This document shows positions 58,401-64,000 of a DNA stretch of 64,000 bases, in pieces; within the stretch, counting starts at the first letter, position 1, and each line of letters opens with the position of its first letter. The position numbers and the translations under genes were made by a program. The stretch lies in the NCBI GenBank assembly GCA_965644495.1, contig CBFFSA010000013.1, positions 248,001 through 312,000 of the forward strand, in the 5' to 3' direction. This DNA comes from Perkinsela sp. CCAP 1560/9 (taxonomy: Eukaryota; Protista; Euglenozoa: Kinetoplastea). The notes under the pieces were generated by a model that saw nothing but the letters and a program-made list of their open reading frames with translations, made no database searches and was not told where the DNA came from.

Positions 58401-61400
58401 CTGTTGGAGTTTCTTGAATCATACTTATTCTGAAATATTTAAGAAACTACGACTTGAATTGAATATAAGCTTAGTACTAACGAACAGAACTGTATTACGT
58501 TATTGTGTTATTCTCAAAGTAGAAACTGTTCCCAACAGTGAAATTTTGGCGTCTACCTCATTTAGCACATCCTTTTGGTATCTATATTTTCTTCTTCGCT
58601 CGGCATGTAACTCAGACGCTATGGAAAAAGATATTTTATTTATAAAAGGATTTTCTATAGACGCAAATAAGCAAAATTTCCTGTTGGAGTTTCTTGAATC
58701 ACACTTATTCTGAAATATTTAAGAAACTACGACTTGAATTGAATATAAGCTTAGTACTAACGAACAGAACTGTATTACGTTATTGTGTTATTCTCAAAGT
58801 AGAAACTGTTCCCAACAGTGAAATTTTGGCGTCTACCTCATTTAGCACATCCTTTTGGTATCTATATTTTCTTCTTCGCTCGGCATGTAACTCGGACGCT
58901 ATGGAAAAAGATATTTTATTTATAAAAGGATTTTCTATAGACGCAAATATGCAAAATTTCCTGTTGGAGTTTCTTGAATCACACTTATTCTGAAATATTT
59001 AAGAAACTACGACTTGAATTGAATATAAGCTTAGTACTAACGAACAGAACTGTATTACGTTATTGTGTTATTCTCAAAGTAGAAACTGTTCCCAACAGTG
59101 AAATTTTGGCGTCTACTTCATTTAGCACATCCTTTTGGTATCTATATTTTCTTCTTCGCTCGGCATGTAACTCGGACGCTATGGAAAAAGATATTTTATT
59201 TATAAAAGGATTTTCTATAGACGCAAATATGCAAAATTTCCTGTTGGAGTTTCTTGAATCATACTTATTCTGAAATATTTAAGAAACTACGACTTGAATT
59301 GAATATAAGCTTAGTACTAACGAACAGAACTGTATTACGTTATTGTGTTATTCTCAAAGTAGAAACTGTTCCCAACAGTGAAATTTTGGCGTCTACCTCA
59401 TTTAGCACATCCTTTTGGTGTCTATATTTTCTTCTTCGCTCGGCATGTAACTCGGACGCTATGGAAAAAGATATTTTATTTATAAAAGGATTTTCTATAG
59501 ACGCAAATATGCAAAATTTCCTGTTGGAGTTTCTTGAATCATACTTATTCTGAAATATTTAAGAAACTACGACTTGAATTGAATATAAGCTTAGTACTAA
59601 CGAACAGAACTGTATTACGTTATTGTGTTATTCTCAAAGTAGAAACTGTTCCCAACAGTGAAATTTTGGCGTCTACCTCATTTAGCACATCCTTTTGGTA
59701 TCTATATTTTCTTCTTCGCTCGGCATGTAACTCGGACGCTATGGAAAAAGATATTTTATTTATAAAAGGATTTTCTATAGACGCAAATATGCAAAATTTC
59801 CTGTTGGAGTTTCTTGAATCATACTTATTCTGAAATATTTAAGAAACTACGACTTGAATTGAATATAAGCTTAGTACTAACGAACAGAACTGTATTACGT
59901 TATTGTGTTATTCTCAAAGTAGAAACTGTTCCCAACAGTGAAATTTTGGCGTCTACCTCATTTAGCACATCCTTTTGGTGTCTATATTTTCTTCTTCGCT
60001 CGGCATGTAACTCGGACGCTATGGAAAAAGATATTTTATTTATAAAAGGATTTTCTATAGACGCAAATATGCAAAATTTCCTGTTGGAGTTTCTTGAATC
60101 ATACTTATTCTGAAATATTTAAGAAACTACGACTTGAATTGAATATAAGCTTAGTACTAACGAACAGAACTGTATTACGTTATTGTGTTATTCTCAAAGT
60201 AGAAACTGTTCCCAACAGTGAAATTTTGGCGTCTACCTCATTTAGCACATCCTTTTGGTATCTATATTTTCTTCTTCGCTCGGCATGTAACTCAGACGCT
60301 ATGGAAAAAGATATTTTATTTATAAAAGGATTTTCTATAGACGCAAATAAGCAAAATTTCCTGTTGGAGTTTCTTGAATCACACTTATTCTGAAATATTT
60401 AAGAAACTACGACTTGAATTGAATATAAGCTTAGTACTAACGAACAGAACTGTATTACGTTATTGTGTTATTCTCAAAGTAGAAACTGTTCCCAACAGTG
60501 AAATTTTGGCGTCTACCTCATTTAGCACATCCTTTTGGTATCTATATTTTCTTCTTCGCTCGGCATGTAACTCGGACGCTATGGAAAAAGATATTTTATT
60601 TATAAAAGGATTTTCTATAGACGCAAATATGCAAAATTTCCTGTTGGAGTTTCTTGAATCACACTTATTCTGAAATATTTAAGAAACTACGACTTGAATT
60701 GAATATAAGCTTAGTACTAACGAACAGAACTGTATTACGTTATTGTGTTATTCTCAAAGTAGAAACTGTTCCCAACAGTGAAATTTTGGCGTCTACTTCA
60801 TTTAGCACATCCTTTTGGTATCTATATTTTCTTCTTCGCTCGGCATGTAACTCGGACGCTATGGAAAAAGATATTTTATTTATAAAAGGATTTTCTATAG
60901 ACGCAAATAAGCAAAATTTCCTGTTGGAGTTTCTTGAATCACACTTATTCTGAAATATTTAAGAAACTACGACTTGAATTGAATATAAGCTTAGTACTAA
61001 CGAACAGAACTGTATTACGTTATTGTGTTATTCTCAAAGTAGAAACTGTTCCCAACAGTGAAATTTTGGCGTCTACCTCATTTAGCACATCCTTTTGGTA
61101 TCTATATTTTCTTCTTCGCTCGGCATGTAACTCGGACGCTATGGAAAAAGATATTTTATTTATAAAAGGATTTTCTATAGACGCAAATATGCAAAATTTC
61201 CTGTTGGAGTTTCTTGAATCATACTTATTCTGAAATATTTAAGAAACTACGACTTGAATTGAATATAAGCTTAGTACTAACGAACAGAACTGTATTACGT
61301 TATTGTGTTATTCTCAAAGTAGAAACTGTTCCCAACAGTGAAATTTTGGCGTCTACCTCATTTAGCACATCCTTTTGGTATCTATATTTTCTTCTTCGCT

Positions 61401-64000
61401 CGGCATGTAACTCGGACGCTATGGAAAAAGATATTTTATTTATAAAAGGATTTTCTATAGACGCAAATAAGCAAAATCTCCTTTTGGAGTTTCTTGAATC
61501 ACACTTATTCTGAAATATTTAAGAAACTACGACTTGAATTGAATATAAGCTTAGTACTAACGAACAGAACTGTATTACGTTATTGTGTTATTCTCAAAGT
61601 AGAAACTGTTCCCAACAGTGAAATTTTGGCGTCTACTACATTTAGCACATCCTTTTGGTATCTATATTTTCTTCTTCGCTCGGCATGTAACTCGGACGCT
61701 ATGGAAAAAGATATTTTATTTATAAAAGGATTTTCTATAGACGCAAATAAGCAAAATCTCCTTTTGGAGTTTCTTGAATCACACTTATTCTGAAATATTT
61801 AAGAAACTACGACTTGAATTGAATATAAGCTTAGTACTAACGAACAGAACTGTATTACGTTATTGTGTTATTCTCAAAGTAGAAACTGTTCCCAACAGTG
61901 AAATTTTGGCGTCTACTTCATTTAGCACATCCTTTTGGTATCTATATTTTCTTCTTCGCTCGGCATGTAACTCGGACGCTATGGAAAAAGATATTTTATT
62001 TATAAAAGGATTTTCTATAGACGCAAATATGCAAAATTTCCTGTTGGAGTTTCTTGAATCATACTTATTCTGAAATATTTAAGAAACTACGACTTGAATT
62101 GAATATAAGCTTAGTACTAACGAACAGAACTGTATTACGTTATTGTGTTATTCTCAAAGTAGAAACTGTTCCCAACAGCGAAATTTTGGCGTCTACTTCA
62201 TTTAGCACATCCTTTTGGTATCTATATTTTCTTCTTCGCTCGGCATGTAACTCGGACGCTATGGAAAAAGATATTTTATTTATAAAAGGATTTTCTATAG
62301 ACGCAAATAAGCAAAATCTCCTTTTGGAGTTTCTTGAATCACACTTATTCTGAAATATTTAAGAAACTACGACTTGAATTGAATATAAGCTTAGTACTAA
62401 CGAACAGAAATGTATTACGTTATTGTGTTATTCTCAAAGTAGAAACTGTTCCCAACAGTGAAATTTTGGCGTCTACCTCATTTAGCACATCCTTTTGGTA
62501 TCTATATTTTCTTCTTCGCTCGGCATGTAACTCGGACGCTATGGAAAAAGATATTTTATTTATAAAAGGATTTTCTATAGACGCAAATATGCAAAATTTC
62601 CTGTTGGAGTTTCTTGAATCATACTTATTCTGAAATATTTAAGAAACTAGGACTTGAATTGAATATAAGCTTAGTACTAACGAACAGAACTGTATTACGT
62701 TATTGTGTTATTCTCAAAGTAGAAACTGTTCCCAACAGTGAAATTTTGGCGTCTACCTCATTTAGCACATCCTTTTGGTATCTATATTTTCTTCTTCGCT
62801 CGGCATGTAACTCGGACGCTATGGAAAAAGATATTTTATTTATAAAAGGATTTTCTATAGACGCAAATATGCAAAATTTCCTGTTGGAGTTTCTTGAATC
62901 ATACTTATTCTGAAACATTTAAGAAACTACGACTTGAATTGAATATAAGCTTAGTACTAACGAACAGAACTGTATTACGTTATTGTGTTATTCTCAAAGT
63001 AGAAACTGTTCCCAACAGTGAAATTTTGGCGTCTACCTCATTTAGCACATCCTTTTGGTATCTATATTTTCTTCTTCGCTCGGCATGTAACTCGGACGCT
63101 ATGGAAAAAGATATTTTATTTATAAAAGGATTTTCTATAGACGCAAATATGCAAAATTTCCTGTTGGAGTTTCTTGAATCATACTTATTCTGAAATATTT
63201 AAGAAACTACGACTTGAATTGAATATAAGCTTAGTACTAACGAACAGAACTGTATTACGTTATTGTGTTATTCTCAAAGTAGAAACTGTTCCCAACAGTG
63301 AAATTTTGGCGTCTACCTCATTTAGCACATCCTTTTGGTATCTATATTTTCTTCTTCGCTCGGCATGTAACTCGGACGCTATGGAAAAAGATATTTTATT
63401 TATAAAAGGATTTTCTATAGACGCAAATATGCAAAATTTCCTGTTGGAGTTTCTTGAATCATACTTATTCTGAAATATTTAAGAAACTACGACTTGAATT
63501 GAATATAAGCTTAGTACTAACGAACAGAACTGTATTACGTTATTGTGTTATTCTCAAAGTAGAAACTGTTCCCAACAGTGAAATTTTGGCGTCTACCTCA
63601 TTTAGCACATCCTTTTGGTATCTATATTTTCTTCTTCGCTCGGCATGTAACTCGGACGCTATGGAAAAAGATATTTTATTTATAAAAGGATTTTCTATAG
63701 ACGCAAATATGCAAAATTTCCTGTTGGAGTTTCTTGAATCATACTTATTCTGAAATATTTAAGAAACTACGACTTGAATTGAATATAAGCTTAGTACTAA
63801 CGAACAGAACTGTATTACGTTATTGTGTTATTCTCAAAGTAGAAACTGTTCCCAACAGTGAAATTTTGGCGTCTACCTCATTTAGCACATCCTTTTGGTA
63901 TCTATATTTTCTTCTTCGCTCGGCATGTAACTCAGACGCTATGGAAAAAGATATTTTATTTATAAAAGGATTTTCTATAGACGCAAATAAGCAAAATTTC
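37421..64000. repeat. 280-bp AT-rich tandem satellite array (~95 units, ~32% GC), running off the window end
   Basis: Exact 280-bp period with no indels seen; units differ only at a few recurrent SNPs. Confidence 0.99.

Noticed and set aside
37459-63753. ~95 repeated 99-aa ORFs (MNHTYSE...) as a tandem protein-coding gene array
   Set aside because: They start at TTG, overlap each other by 20 bp, have no recognisable domain, and the 280-bp period is not a multiple of 3. They are by-products of the satellite.
37421-64000. CRISPR array
   Set aside because: No unique spacers, the unit is 280 bp, the context is eukaryotic and there are no cas genes.

Overview
Eukaryotic window, most likely from a kinetoplastid with a compact genome (Perkinsela-like; this is inferred, not searched). 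The left half (1-32.4 kb) is a single unidirectional cluster of ~18 intron-less genes, all on the minus strand, as in a kinetoplastid polycistronic unit. It includes Rad26/CSB, beta-COP, AMPK-beta, MPP-beta, RPN1, RPS13, BUD23, a Ulp1-like protease, RPS21, eIF6 and a Spinster-like MFS transporter. It is interrupted by a Merlin/IS1595-type DNA transposon (8-bp TSD), a 53-bp mini-Merlin and a pogo-like transposase relic. At the 5' end of the cluster a 280-bp AT-rich tandem array begins (~95 copies, 37.4 kb to the window end). A 4.8-kb tyrosine-recombinase retrotransposon (gag-YR-RT/RNaseH; DIRS order, VIPER/TATE-like layout) sits in the first unit of that array. It is bounded by a 33-bp direct duplication of the repeat that is centred on an 18-bp quasi-palindrome, which resembles a recombinase att site. 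The element also appears to use two recoding signals from gag: an A-AAA-AAC -1 frameshift with a stem-loop leading into the RT frame, and a UGA-CGG readthrough leading into the YR. YR and the N-terminal part of pol overlap for ~2.3 kb. This copy carries a 1-nt indel and a premature TAA. The array is a candidate centromeric satellite, or possibly a spliced-leader-related array.
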